DNA of 60,930 nt, from contig JARGFH010000003.1 of the NCBI GenBank assembly GCA_029210695.1, positions 62,001 through 122,930 on the forward strand, written 5' to 3'. The notes below the pieces were generated by a model. It searched no databases. It had not been told where the DNA came from and saw only the letters and a program-made list of their open reading frames with translations. Positions 38,516-48,645 of the stretch are shown piece by piece (the first letter of the stretch is position 1; every line of letters starts with the position of its first letter). This DNA comes from Acidimicrobiia bacterium. Lineage in GTDB: Bacteria > Actinomycetota > Acidimicrobiia > Spongiisociales > JAHEDJ01. The translations under genes were made by a program, and so were the position numbers.

Positions 38516-40318
38516 TCAGTCCAGCGCCCGTTTGGCCAGTTCTTCTGCAATCGCGTCTGGACGGCTGAGCCAGCGGCTCTGATGAGCGTCGGTGATGGTC
38601 CAGCCGGCCCTGCGCAGCGCCATATGCCGCTCGATGTGCGCGTCAGGGCCGTCGGGATGAACCCTGCACACCACGCCAAAGGCCCCCCTGCCCCGGCCCA
38701 CGGCCAGGTCAACGGTCCAACCGGCCACCGGGTAGTCGGCGACTGCTTCGACACGGAAACGACGAAGCTCGTCGAATATCTCTCCGGCCCAGCCGTCCGG
38801 CCGAGCAGTCGATTCTGACGGACGCGGAGGATGGTCACCGTGCCTGAAGTAGTCCTTGAGTAGGCCGGCCGGCAGAGCATCGGCCGCGAACGAATGAACA
38901 ACGGTCATCCCGGATCTCGCTCGCGTGACCATCACATTGAACAAGTTCGGGTTCTCGACGAATCGAAGTCCGGTGCCGAGTTCGTCGTCGGTCATAGCCA
39001 GTGACGCAACCACGAAATCCCGTTCATTCCCCTGGAATGCATGCACCGTACCCACGCGCAGTCCGAGCCGCTCGGTATCTTCCGGCTCGAAGACATCGAG
39101 CAGCATTTGCTCGAGCGCGTCGGCTTGGGCCCGGAACGGGGTTACAACGCCGATACTGGTTGCTCCCGCGCCGGCGAGACGTTCCACTTCAGTTCTCACC
39201 GCGACAACCTCGGCTTCGTTCACCCCTGCTCTATCGCGCCGGCCGGCGGTGTACATCAGTTGAATGGCGTCCCTGGACTCCGTTGCCGGGTGCTGGGTCA
39301 TCAACTTCAACCGGCCGCCGTAGAACCGATCCCAAGTTTGGCCGTTGTCGGCGCTTCCGTACACGGCGCCACCGGTTGTGCCGAAGTAGACGCCGCCCGG
39401 ATTGAGCTGGTCGGCGACCATGGCGCCGCGCAAGACGGTGGTGTAGGTCTGGTCGGGGAGGCCGGTGCCCGACTCCACCCAGGTGTCTCCCTGATTGTCC
39501 GAGCGAAAGATCCGGAGGCGGCCATCGACCGGCAGACGGAACTCGTCGCTCCGCAGAGGTGCGACGAACAACCGTCCGGATCGATGATCGCTCACCATCG
39601 GGAAGCCGAACGATGCAGGTAGCCCGGTCTCAATCCGCTGCCACGAGTCGCCCGCGTCGATTGAGCAGTAGACGCCGGTGTGTTCCTGGCGCCAGAGACG
39701 ATCGGGATGCTCGGGATCGAGTGTGAGGCCGTGAACACACCAGCCACTACCGCTTGCCTCATCGCTTGGACCGGTTACACCGGAATTCTTCGGCTGCCAG
39801 GTTTCGCCGCCATCGTCGGTCCGGAACACGCCGACGGCAGAGATCCCCACCCACAATCGCTGCGGGTCGCCCGGATGGGCAAGGATGTGATGAGCGCACA
39901 GTCCGCCGAGCCCCGGTTCCCAACTCGAGCGGGTCGCATGTTCGTTCAATGGCTCGATCGGATGCCAGGTCGCACCGTCGTCGTCGCTGGCGAACAGTCC
40001 AGCTTCGTCCACTCCCGCCTAGGTCCGCCGACCAACCGAGGTCAGAGTCCAGATCTGGGTGAGTGGCCTTTCCGAGCCCTCCGGCCAGCCCGGCCCGGCC
40101 ACGACTTGTTCCCACTCGTTGAGATCTGCACTTCGATGCAGGGCCGCCCCGAACCAGTTGCTGGCAGTTGCCAGTAGGTACTCACCGTTCGGTGTGCGAT
40201 TGAAGGCTGTGACTTTCCAGCCCGGAAAGGCGGGTTCCCCAATGTCCCAGTGGTGGCGGTCGTCGGAGCGAAGAAAGAACGCCCCCTTGGAGGTTCCGAT
40301 GGCAAGCGTGACGGTCAT
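38516..40318 (-). pseudogene. BNR/Asp-box beta-propeller (sialidase-like) gene with an in-frame TAG (40019-40021), fused in frame to an SF1 helicase C-terminus plus REase-like domain
   Basis: Starts MTVTLAIGTSKG; multiple S.D.G.TW Asp boxes. From about 39325 the frame switches to FYGGRL, IGVVTPFRAQ, GTVHAFQGNERD and NVMVTRAR (helicase motifs IV-VI) and then YPV.G..VDL...HIER...L...GW. Confidence 0.75.
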
Positions 40319-40354
40319 TGTGGTCCCCTTGAGTCGCTCGATCGGAAAACCTAC

Positions 40355-40390
40355 ATCAAGGAGCGCCCGGTTGCCCGGGCGCTCCTTGAT
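40355..40390 (-). terminator. Hairpin downstream of yceI
   Basis: ATCAAGGAGCGCCCGG-TTGC-CCGGGCGCTCCTTGAT 16-bp stem. Confidence 0.7.
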
Positions 40391-40406
40391 ATCTCCGTGG
40401 GCCGGT

Positions 40407-40967
40407 CTAGGACTGAAGCGCGGCCTGGATCTCGAGTTCGATTTCGAGCTTCTTCGAAACGAGTAGGCCACCGGCCTCGAGTGGAGCGTTCCAGTTGACG
40501 CCCCACTGTTCGCGCACGAGCGTGGCTGAACCGGTGAAGGCGGCCTTCTGGTTTCCCCATGGGTCGGCGAACACACCGAGGAAGTCGAAGTCGATCTCGA
40601 TCGGATGGGTGACACCCCGCATGGTCAGATCGCCGGCGAGATTCCAATGTCCGTCCTGTGGCGTTACTGAGGTGCCGACAAAGGTGAGTTGCGGGTAGTT
40701 CTCGGTGTCGAGGAAGTCGGGGGACCGCAGGTGGGTGTCGCGATCCTCCGCATTGGTGGTGATGCTGGCGCTTTGGATGGTGAATTCGACCACGGATTCA
40801 GCCGGATCCTCCGTAACGATGATGGTGCCGGCAAAGTCCCCGAATGTTCCCCGAACCTTCGAAACGACGAGATGGCGGGCGACGGCGGAGATGGTGCTAT
40901 GTGAGGGATCGATGACCCAGGTTCCGGTGGCCGGTACGGTCCGGGTGTCAATGGTGCGAGTGCTCAT
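40407..40967 (-). CDS. YceI-family (polyisoprenoid-binding) protein
   Basis: GTW.ID..HS, RH..VSKVRG.F, RD.HLRS.DF, GDLTMRGVT, DPWG. Confidence 0.93.
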   Translation of the reverse strand: MSTRTIDTRTVPATGTWVIDPSHSTISAVARHLVVSKVRGTFGDFAGTIIVTEDPAESVVEFTIQSASITTNAEDRDTHLRSPDFLDTENYPQLTFVGTSVTPQDGHWNLAGDLTMRGVTHPIEIDFDFLGVFADPWGNQKAAFTGSATLVREQWGVNWNAPLEAGGLLVSKKLEIELEIQAALQS

Positions 40968-40983
40968 CAGGTTCTCCTTTTAC

Positions 40984-40995
40984 TTGAACGTTCAA
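40984..40995. promoter_or_regulatory. Palindromic operator upstream of yceI (MarR-like)
   Basis: Perfect 12-bp palindrome TTGAACGTTCAA in the AT-rich promoter region. Confidence 0.5.
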
Positions 40996-41135
40996 TGATT
41001 TTACCATACGCAAGACTCAACATGACTTTGACGGAGATCTTTGGCCGAGTCACGGCAACCGGCTGCAGCGAGCACGCCGAGGTATCGGTAGGTCTACAAC
41101 CCAAAACCAAAACCTAGAACCTCTGCAACGATCGG

Positions 41136-43682
41136 TTACTCGTACGAAATCGCCTCGAGCACATCCAGGTTCGAGGCCCGGAACGCCGGCCAGGCGGCCG
41201 CCAGGATGCCGGCCACCGCCGCACCGACGATGCCGGTGGCGAGCCATCCCCACGGGATGCTGAGCTCGAGTCCCTGATCAGCTAGTGCCGCCACCAGCGC
41301 CCACCCGAAAGCCATGCCGAGTCCGGCACCGAGCAATGCGCCGAAGATCGCGATGATGACCGACTCCAATCCGATCATGTTCCTCACTTGTGGTCTGCTC
41401 ATGCCGATAGCTCGGAGAAGGCCGATCTCATGTGTGCGTTCATAGACCGACAGCAACAGAGTCAGGAGAATGCCGAGCAGGGCGATGAAGACCGACATCG
41501 CCAGCAGCCCAAAGATCAGGTACACGACCTGGTTGATCTGAGAGGAAATCTGGTCGCGCAACTCCTCTTGATCGATCACCTGAATGCCTGGGAACGGCTC
41601 GAGGGCGGCCTCGATTGCCGTCCTGCCACTCTCGATCGATACCCCTTCTGCCAGCCGGACGTAGGCCTGTGTGATCGTGTCTTCGATGTAGTTGGCGGAG
41701 AAAGTGGTGGTGGCCATGAACCACGACACATCGGTGGCGCTGGCAATGTCGATGATGGCCGCCAGTTCGAACTCTTGTGCTCCCGTCCGTGCGAAGCCGA
41801 CGTCGATCGGGTCGCCCAGCTCCAGACCCTTGTCATCAGCGACAGATTGGGTCGTGGCTATCAGATTGCCGCCGAGGCCCTCGAATGATCCATCGACTGT
41901 TTCGACGCTGAGGAACTCGCCTACCACGGTGGGATCCACACCAGCTATGAGGGTCGTCGAACCAAGCACTTTCGCCGGTCCTGCTTGCACTCCGGTGATC
42001 AGATCGACGCCGTCGAGGGTCGCCACCGCGGATATGGCTTCCGAGCTGAAACCGATGAAACCAAAGCCGGGCGGTTGTAGCAGCAGGTCGGCGGTGAAGG
42101 CCTCCTCGATAGCGCTGGTCGCGGTGTCCCGCGTCGAAGCGGCGAGGATTGAAACAGTCGCCACGAGTGCGAGGCCGATCATCAGTGCTCCGGCTGTGGC
42201 CGCGGTCCTACGCGGACTTCTTGCAGCATTACGCTGGGCGAGATTTCCGGTGGCGTTCGACAGAGCGCGCATCGGGACCCCGATCAGGCGAGCAACCGGT
42301 CTTGCCACCAGCGGGCTCAGAACGTAGGTGCCTATGAACACGAGGCCGGCTCCGATTCCCACCAGAAGCGCCGGAGACAGATCGGCAACGTCCAGCCCGG
42401 TCAGCCCGCCTGCAATTGCGGCCGTACCCAGCAGGGCGATGGGCGTCCCTCCGATCACTCGATTGCGCCAGGACTTTCTCGTGCCGACGGTCGGCACGTC
42501 GCGCAGCGCGGCCATGGGGGAGATGCGCGACGCCCGGATTGCCGGCAAGAGGGCGGAGATCATGGTGACTGTGAGCCCGGTGACCAGAGCCACGACGACG
42601 GTACGCACCTGCAGCTGAAGGCCGCCTGAAGGCAGGTCGCCCCCGAACGCCACTTCGATCAGGACCTGCATCACCATCGCCAACAACACCCCGGCCCCGA
42701 CACCGAACAGAGAGGCTATGAGTCCGGTGACTGCGGATTCGAATAGCACCGATGAAGTCACCTGGCCACGGGTCGCGCCGATCGCACGCAGGAGGCCCAG
42801 CTCCCGGGTGCGCTGGGCGACAACGATCCTGAAGGCGTTGTAGATGACGAATACACCTACGAAAAGGGAGATGCCGGCGAAAGCGAGCAGAAGGGTGTTC
42901 AGGAATCCCAGGCCCTCTTTGACCTGCGACGTCTGCTCCTCGGCGACACTCTGGGAGCTCACAGCTTCGATCCCCGACGGCAGAACCGCGTCAACGGCCT
43001 CGATGACGGTATCCAGGTCACCGGCCGGCTCGATTGTTATCTCGATCGCATCGACCTGGCCCGTGGCGTCGAGAAGCTGCTGAGCGGTCTCGAGGTCGAA
43101 CAAGGCCCAGCTAGTCCCCAGCAGATTGTCGGCTTCGCCGAACCCGAGGCTTCCTACGAGCGTGAAACTCAGCTTTGGTCCGCCTATGAGCATCTCAACC
43201 GTGTCTCCAACTGCGAAGCCGGCACGTTCGATCGTGCCGACGTCGAGCATCAGCTCCGACGCCCCCACCGGAGGCCGGCCGTCGCGAATCGTGAACTGCG
43301 AAGGGCCTCCCGACCACGACGTCACGAAAGTAGGAGGTCCGGCGGTCGGAAGGAGATCGCCCTGTGCGTCTAGGATCTGACCGTACGGCGACAACACGGT
43401 TCCCCAGGCGCCTTCGACGCCGGGGATGTTCTTCACTTGTTCGATGAGGTCCTCCGGCATCCGCTCGGGCAGCCCGAAGCTCAGATCGGGGTCCACTTCC
43501 CGCCGCACCTGGATATCGGTGGCCGCGAATGCCTCGGAGAAGAGATCGTCGAATGCCTCGCCGATTGTGTCTGTGAACACGAAGGCGGCGACAACGAAGC
43601 TGACTCCGGCCAGGATTGCCAGCGAAAGAAGCCCTGATCTGATCTTGTGAGCCCAGATGTTCTTGAAAGCCGCCCGAAGCAT
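41136..43682 (-). CDS. FtsX/MacB-like ABC transporter permease (duplicated)
   Basis: VAQRTRELGLLRAIGA and SVYERTHEIGLLRAIG repeats; PAIRASRISP. Confidence 0.92.
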   Translation of the reverse strand: MLRAAFKNIWAHKIRSGLLSLAILAGVSFVVAAFVFTDTIGEAFDDLFSEAFAATDIQVRREVDPDLSFGLPERMPEDLIEQVKNIPGVEGAWGTVLSPYGQILDAQGDLLPTAGPPTFVTSWSGGPSQFTIRDGRPPVGASELMLDVGTIERAGFAVGDTVEMLIGGPKLSFTLVGSLGFGEADNLLGTSWALFDLETAQQLLDATGQVDAIEITIEPAGDLDTVIEAVDAVLPSGIEAVSSQSVAEEQTSQVKEGLGFLNTLLLAFAGISLFVGVFVIYNAFRIVVAQRTRELGLLRAIGATRGQVTSSVLFESAVTGLIASLFGVGAGVLLAMVMQVLIEVAFGGDLPSGGLQLQVRTVVVALVTGLTVTMISALLPAIRASRISPMAALRDVPTVGTRKSWRNRVIGGTPIALLGTAAIAGGLTGLDVADLSPALLVGIGAGLVFIGTYVLSPLVARPVARLIGVPMRALSNATGNLAQRNAARSPRRTAATAGALMIGLALVATVSILAASTRDTATSAIEEAFTADLLLQPPGFGFIGFSSEAISAVATLDGVDLITGVQAGPAKVLGSTTLIAGVDPTVVGEFLSVETVDGSFEGLGGNLIATTQSVADDKGLELGDPIDVGFARTGAQEFELAAIIDIASATDVSWFMATTTFSANYIEDTITQAYVRLAEGVSIESGRTAIEAALEPFPGIQVIDQEELRDQISSQINQVVYLIFGLLAMSVFIALLGILLTLLLSVYERTHEIGLLRAIGMSRPQVRNMIGLESVIIAIFGALLGAGLGMAFGWALVAALADQGLELSIPWGWLATGIVGAAVAGILAAAWPAFRASNLDVLEAISYE

Positions 43683-43684
43683 GC

Positions 43685-44422
43685 TCAGCCTTCCAGCGTC
43701 TTGATGCGATCCAGAATCCGCTCGGCGGTCGGGTCGAGCATGTCGCCGGCAATATGGCCGTCCTCGAGGAAGACAACGCGGTCTGAGTGGGCCGCGGCCA
43801 GCGGGTCGTGCGTGACCATCACGATCGTCTGTCCGTAATCCTCCACGGCTTGTTCCATGAACTGGAGCAGTTGGGTTCCGGATTTCGAATCGAGGTTGCC
43901 GGAGGGTTCATCGGCGAAGATGATTTCCGGGCGACTGGCAAGCGCCCTGGCAGCCGCGACGCGTTGCTGCTGGCCCCCGGACAGTTCTGACGGTTTGTGA
44001 GACAGGCGATCGCTGAGAGAGAGGATGTCGATTACGTGGGCCAGCCAATCGGCGTCCGGCTTACGGCCGGCGATGTCCATCGGGAGGGTGATGTTTTCAC
44101 GAGCGTTCAACGTCGGCACCAGGTTGAACGCCTGGAATACGAAGCCCACTTTGTCGCGCCGGAGGTGTGTCAGCCGTTTGTCGGCCAGATCTGTGAGGTC
44201 TACGTCGCCGATGAAGACCTGCCCCTCAGTGACTCTGTCGAGTCCGGCCATGCAGTGGAGGAGGGTTGATTTTCCTGATCCGGATGGCCCCATGATTGCG
44301 GTGAATCGGCCTGCCTCGAAGGTGACGTCTACGTTGTCGAGGGCGGTGACGGCCGTCTCGCCCTCACCGAAGATCTTGGTTAGGCCGCGTGCCGAGGCGG
44401 CGGCTGAATTGGGTTCTGTCAC
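43685..44422 (-). CDS. ABC transporter ATP-binding protein (LolD/MacB-like)
   Basis: [37 protein letters not shown]. Confidence 0.93.
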   Translation of the reverse strand: MTEPNSAAASARGLTKIFGEGETAVTALDNVDVTFEAGRFTAIMGPSGSGKSTLLHCMAGLDRVTEGQVFIGDVDLTDLADKRLTHLRRDKVGFVFQAFNLVPTLNARENITLPMDIAGRKPDADWLAHVIDILSLSDRLSHKPSELSGGQQQRVAAARALASRPEIIFADEPSGNLDSKSGTQLLQFMEQAVEDYGQTIVMVTHDPLAAAHSDRVVFLEDGHIAGDMLDPTAERILDRIKTLEG

Positions 44423-44472
44423 AGAGCTACCTCTTTCGTCTTGTCCATTCTCTCGCGAATGGAGAGTTGTCC

Positions 44473-44679
44473 CTACTCGGGAGAGAATCTCAAGACATCA
44501 CCCGGCTGACAGTCGAGTTCGCGACAGACTGCCTCGAGAGTCGAGAAACGCACCGCGCGGGCTTTGCCGGTCTTGAGGATCGAGAGATTGGCGACGGTGA
44601 TGCCGACTCGATCGGCGAGCTCGGTGAGTGTCATCTTGTGATCGAGGAGCAGTTGGTCGAGATGTACGGAGATTGTCAT
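44473..44679 (-). CDS. Xre/Cro-C1 (YozG-like) HTH regulator
   Basis: LTELA..VGIT.ANLSILKTGKARAVRFSTL...C..LDCQPGD. Confidence 0.92.
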   Translation of the reverse strand: MTISVHLDQLLLDHKMTLTELADRVGITVANLSILKTGKARAVRFSTLEAVCRELDCQPGDVLRFSPE

Positions 44680-44681
44680 GG

Positions 44682-45293
44682 CTACACCGTGAGATCAGCG
44701 TCGGCCTGCAGCGCGGTTCCGTGCCTGAAGACCTCAGCCAGGGCGAGGATGATCAAGCCGACGAACACGGCGGCCAGGTTGAGATCGAAGTGGTAGTCGA
44801 TGTCGAGCCCTGTGCTCGAGATACTGTTGAGCACCAGCAGACCGAGTCCGATCTCGATTATCTGTTCGACGAGTGCGCCTCCTATGACCATGTATCCGAG
44901 CCAGCGGATGCGTCTAGCGTTCTCGGGTAGGAACGGGGTGCCGACCATCATCGTGCTGAAGATCCTGCGCATGAGTATCAGCGCTATGAAAGCCGCCGCC
45001 AGGCCGGCGAGGATCGTTCCGCCGGCGGCAATCGCCAGGCCGATTCCCGGGTCGTCGAAGTTGGCCTCTCCGGATGCGCGGATGATCGTCCCGTCTCCCC
45101 ACCCGTCGCTGGTCAGCGAATAGGCGTCGGAGTCGATTTTGAATTGAATGGGAACCGCCAGTTCCGCCGATCCGGACTCATCGGTCCCGATGAGGACCGT
45201 CGCGAAGACGACTATGGCGACGGTCACGACGGTCAACAAGGCAATCGCGAAGGTGGTGAATCCCCGCAAGAGGCGAGGGAGTCTTGTCTGCAT
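44682..45293 (-). CDS. DUF2975-family membrane protein
   Basis: PF..EN..R.R..G and LAEVF..G..LQ.D..LTV ending; the classic partner of YozG-like HTH; SD AAGGAGG. Confidence 0.85.
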   Translation of the reverse strand: MQTRLPRLLRGFTTFAIALLTVVTVAIVVFATVLIGTDESGSAELAVPIQFKIDSDAYSLTSDGWGDGTIIRASGEANFDDPGIGLAIAAGGTILAGLAAAFIALILMRRIFSTMMVGTPFLPENARRIRWLGYMVIGGALVEQIIEIGLGLLVLNSISSTGLDIDYHFDLNLAAVFVGLIILALAEVFRHGTALQADADLTV

Positions 45294-45305
45294 GTCCAAA
45301 CCTCC

Positions 45306-45362
45306 TTATTGATAAACAATAAGAGCTTATCGTTTATCGGTCAACATATTGATAAAGAATGT
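45306..45362. promoter_or_regulatory. Putative operators for the Xre regulator
   Basis: TTATTGATAAACAATAA palindrome (45306-45322) plus related TTATCGTTTATCGGTCA and ATATTGATAAAGAAT in an AT-rich stretch. Confidence 0.55.
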
Positions 45363-45480
45363 GGATCAAGTGAACCCTTGCCAATCGGGGCTGCCTTCTC
45401 TCCCCGCCGGCGATATGAGAAACGCTCTGGTACGCCCCGTACGTTGCGGCTCGCGCTGCCGGAGGAGCGGCCGATCGGAG

Positions 45481-45918
45481 CTACTTGTCCTGCGTGTTCG
45501 AAGTTCGTTCCAGGAATACGACCGGTATCTCACGATCGGTTCGCGATTGGTAGGCCTCGTATCCAGCGTATGCCGCGACGATCCTCGGCCACCAGTCTCT
45601 TCTCTCCTCCCCGGAAGCGGTCCTGGCAATCACCCGAAAGGAGCCATCCGGAAGGCGGACCTCGGCCTCGGGTGTGTGAAGGAGGTTCCGGTACCAGTGG
45701 GGATGGTTGGGTCTCCCGCCCCAGGATGCGATCACGACCGGGCAGGTGCCGTTCTCGAGGTACAGCAACGGCACCGTGTGGGCCTTACCGGTCGTGTGGC
45801 CTCGCGTGGTCAGCAGGAGCATGTCGTTGTCGAGGAGACGCCGGCCGATCCGTCCCCGCGTTGCGCGATAGAGGAGGGTGTGAAACGTGGAGAGATGCTT
45901 GGCAGCCTTGTCATGCAT
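45481..45918 (-). CDS. Deazaflavin (F420)-dependent nitroreductase family protein (Ddn-like)
   Basis: LLLTTRG..TGK...VPL, IAS.GG...HP.WY.NL, YQ..T.REIPVV.L. Confidence 0.9.
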   Translation of the reverse strand: MHDKAAKHLSTFHTLLYRATRGRIGRRLLDNDMLLLTTRGHTTGKAHTVPLLYLENGTCPVVIASWGGRPNHPHWYRNLLHTPEAEVRLPDGSFRVIARTASGEERRDWWPRIVAAYAGYEAYQSRTDREIPVVFLERTSNTQDK

Positions 45919-45988
45919 AGGGGAGAAGATACAGCGTTGGCTCCCTACAGCCGCCGACGAGTTGCTCACGACTGGCTACGCTCGTGCC

Positions 45989-46648
45989 GTGAGATTGGTC
46001 GTGGCCAAATGCTGTGTTGATTATGAGGGACGGCTCAACGCACACCTGCCTCCCGCCGTCCGTCTCATAATGGTCAAAGCGGATGGGTGTGTCGCCGTGC
46101 ACGCCGACGGCGGCGCCTACAAGCCGCTCAACTGGATGAACGCCCCGAACTATCTCGAGGAGTTCGACGACGAGTGGGTTGTGACGAATCCGAAGGGGGA
46201 ACGCCTGACGATCCGACTCGGGGAGGTCCTCTCCGACGTGACGATCGAGCTAGGCGAGGATCCCGGTCTCCAGAAGGACGGTGTTGAGGCCCATCTCCAG
46301 GTGTTGCTGGCCGACCAACCGGGGGTGTTGGAAGATGGTCTGCAACTCATCCGGCGCGAGTTCTTCACCGACATCGGCCCTGTCGATCTCCTGTGCACGG
46401 ATGGGGCAGGCGGCACCGTGGCGGTCGAGATCAAACGGCGTGGCGACATCGACGGCGTCGAGCAACTCGCTCGCTACCTGGAGCGGCTCAACCTTGACGC
46501 CCGGCTGTCACCGGTGCGTGGGATCTTCGCCGCCCAGTCGATCACCCCGCAAGCCAAGGTGGTTGCCGACGCACGGGGCATCATGTGCGTCGAGGTGGAC
46601 TACGACGATCTGCGGGGCGCAGAATCGAATACGCTCCGGTTGTTCTGA
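45989..46648 (+). CDS. nucS: Mismatch-specific endonuclease NucS/EndoMS
   Basis: [58 protein letters not shown]. Confidence 0.95.
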   Translation: MRLVVAKCCVDYEGRLNAHLPPAVRLIMVKADGCVAVHADGGAYKPLNWMNAPNYLEEFDDEWVVTNPKGERLTIRLGEVLSDVTIELGEDPGLQKDGVEAHLQVLLADQPGVLEDGLQLIRREFFTDIGPVDLLCTDGAGGTVAVEIKRRGDIDGVEQLARYLERLNLDARLSPVRGIFAAQSITPQAKVVADARGIMCVEVDYDDLRGAESNTLRLF

Positions 46649-46650
46649 AC

Positions 46651-47115
46651 GTGTTCGACGTGGTTCTCTACCAGCCGGAGATCCCTCCGAACACCGGCAA
46701 CATCATGCGCCTGTGCGCCAACACCGGCACGGTATTGCACCTCATCCACCCGTTGGGATTCGACCTTGAGGACACCAAGCTGCGGAGGGCCGGACTCGAC
46801 TACCGGGAGTGGGCCGACGTCCGGGAACATGAGTCGATAGAAGCTTTCGTGGCTGTAGTGGCTCCCGGCCGGGTGATCGCTTTTACGCGTGACGGCGAGA
46901 ACAGGTATTCGGACGTCGACTACCAACGGGGCGACGCGTTGCTGTTCGGCCCGGAGTCGGACGGCCTCCCCGACGAAGTGTTGGGTCTGCCTCTCGTGGA
47001 TCGTCGCGTTCGGATTCCCATGTTGCCCCGATCGCGCAGCCTCAATCTTTCGAACGCGGTGGCGGTGGTGTTGTTCGAGGCGTGGAAACGGCACGACTTC
47101 GCAGGCGGCGTCTAG
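46651..47115 (+). CDS. trmL: tRNA (cytidine/uridine-34 2'-O)-methyltransferase, SpoU family
   Basis: PEIPPNTGNI.RLCA, LRRAGLDY, FGPES.GLP, RIPM...RSLNLSN. Confidence 0.93.
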   Translation: MFDVVLYQPEIPPNTGNIMRLCANTGTVLHLIHPLGFDLEDTKLRRAGLDYREWADVREHESIEAFVAVVAPGRVIAFTRDGENRYSDVDYQRGDALLFGPESDGLPDEVLGLPLVDRRVRIPMLPRSRSLNLSNAVAVVLFEAWKRHDFAGGV

Positions 47116-47124
47116 ATCTGGGGG

Positions 47125-47232
47125 TTTCTCCGCAATGCAATGGTGTGTGACGCGCCACTGTATTGCTGAGAAAGTGAGCGGGTTTTTCTGCGCAATGCAA
47201 TGGTGTGTGACGCGCCATTGCATTGCGGAGAA
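47125..47232. repeat. Two tandem 47-bp palindromic repeats (family B), 60-bp period
   Basis: TTCTCCGCAATGCAATGGTGTGTGACGCGCCACTGTATTGCTGAGAA (47126-47172) and TTCTGCGCAATGCAATGGTGTGTGACGCGCCATTGCATTGCGGAGAA (47186-47232). Confidence 0.9.
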
Positions 47233-47236
47233 GAGT

Positions 47237-48571
47237 TCAGTTGGCGAGGAGGCGGAGGGCGATCGCCTCTCCAAGGGCACCCTTGCGGACATCGTCGAGG
47301 TCGACGCTCTCGTTCGGTCCGTGGGCTCTGCTGGTCGGATCGGCGACGCCCGTCAAGAGGATCGTTGCATCCGGGTAGGCCTCAGAAAAGGCGGCCACGA
47401 ACGGGATCGAGCCGCCGACCCCCATGTCGACCGTTTCCCGCCCCCACGCTTCTTCGAAGGCAGTCCGAAACGCGTCCGTCACTCGACCGGACGTCTCGAG
47501 GGCGAAGGCCTGGCCCATGGCGCCGGGCGTCACCGTCACCTCGGCTCCCCAGTCGACGTGCTGTTCCAGATGCGCCACCAGTGTGCTCATGGCGCGTCTC
47601 GGATCGTCACCGGGCGCGACTCGCAAGCTCACCTTGGCTCGCGCCACCGGCACCAGAGCATTGACCGCATCACGCACCGATGGGGCGTCGATAGCCAGAA
47701 CGGCCACTGCCGGTTGCCTCCACATCCTCGAAGTGAGCGAACCCGATCCGATCAACATCAGACCCTCGACCGTATCTGCTTGAGCCCGCAGTTCCTCTTC
47801 GGTCAGATCCAGGTCGTCGGCAACACCGGAAACCAAACCCGGAATGGCAACGTTGCCGTCTGCATCGTGCAGGGTGGCGAGGAGGCGCGCCAGCACAGTC
47901 AGGGCATCGGGTATCACGCCCCCGAACTGACCGCTGTGAATCGCATATCGAGCCGTCCTGACCTCGACCGTGCAGTCGGCCAAGCCCCGGAGTGATGTGG
48001 TCAGCGCCGGTTGACCGACCCGCCAGTTCCCGGAGTCGGCGATGACGATGACGTCCGCCGCCAGCAGGTCGCGGTACTGACCCAGGAACTCGCCGAGGTG
48101 GGTCGAGCCGACTTCTTCTTCCCCCTCGACGATGACTTTGACCCCTACCGGGGGTCTCCCGCCGTGCGCCTTGACGGCGCCGAGATGCACAACGATGCCG
48201 GCCTTGTCATCGGATGATCCCCGACCCAGCAGGCGCCCGTTCTCCTCGATTGGTTCAAACGGATCCCGGTCCCAATCATCGAGATTGCCCACCGGCTGCA
48301 CGTCGTGGTGGGCGTACAACAAGACGGTTGGAGCGCCGTCGGGCGCCGGAATCTCCGCGAAGACGGCCGGGTGGGCGCCATCCACCTCCAACAAGCGAAC
48401 GTCGTCGAATCCGGCCTCAGTCAGGAGGGCTGCGACGGCGTCGGCGGAACTGCGGAGGCGGGATGGGTCGAAGCCCGGTGCGCTGATCGAGGGAATCCGG
48501 ACGAGGTCTTCGAGGGTCGCCTGGAGGGAGGGAAACAGGTTATCGATGGCAGAGCGGAGATCGTCGTGCAT
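47237..48571 (-). CDS. M20-family dipeptidase
   Basis: LLYAHHDVQP, GRGSSDDK, EGEEEVGS, HSG.FGG, GGSIP, AHGPNES. Confidence 0.93.
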   Translation of the reverse strand: MHDDLRSAIDNLFPSLQATLEDLVRIPSISAPGFDPSRLRSSADAVAALLTEAGFDDVRLLEVDGAHPAVFAEIPAPDGAPTVLLYAHHDVQPVGNLDDWDRDPFEPIEENGRLLGRGSSDDKAGIVVHLGAVKAHGGRPPVGVKVIVEGEEEVGSTHLGEFLGQYRDLLAADVIVIADSGNWRVGQPALTTSLRGLADCTVEVRTARYAIHSGQFGGVIPDALTVLARLLATLHDADGNVAIPGLVSGVADDLDLTEEELRAQADTVEGLMLIGSGSLTSRMWRQPAVAVLAIDAPSVRDAVNALVPVARAKVSLRVAPGDDPRRAMSTLVAHLEQHVDWGAEVTVTPGAMGQAFALETSGRVTDAFRTAFEEAWGRETVDMGVGGSIPFVAAFSEAYPDATILLTGVADPTSRAHGPNESVDLDDVRKGALGEAIALRLLAN

Positions 48572-48645
48572 GAGGAAAGGCTAATGGGCTCAGAACCGGC
48601 GTCCGCCGCCGTGCCGACGGCCCCGTTCGATCTACCCTCACCGTC

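Noticed and set aside
38353..38901. Long N-terminal extension of NhaA in the ORF track (likewise for pstA, phoU, the PhoU-like gene and the ABC-2 permease)
   Set aside because: The extensions overlap neighbouring genes in other frames and are low-complexity Arg/Pro-rich. Internal starts with SD, -10 or stop-start overlaps fit better.
34849..40021. Genome-wide TAG recoding or pyrrolysine
   Set aside because: TAG ends many intact genes here (arsC 5987-5989, pstS 7350-7352). The two interruptions imply different residues (Gln versus Tyr/Trp), and no pyl genes are seen.
47125..47232. CRISPR array interpretation of the tandem palindromes
   Set aside because: Only two units, a 13-nt gap instead of a spacer, and no cas genes or leader in the window.
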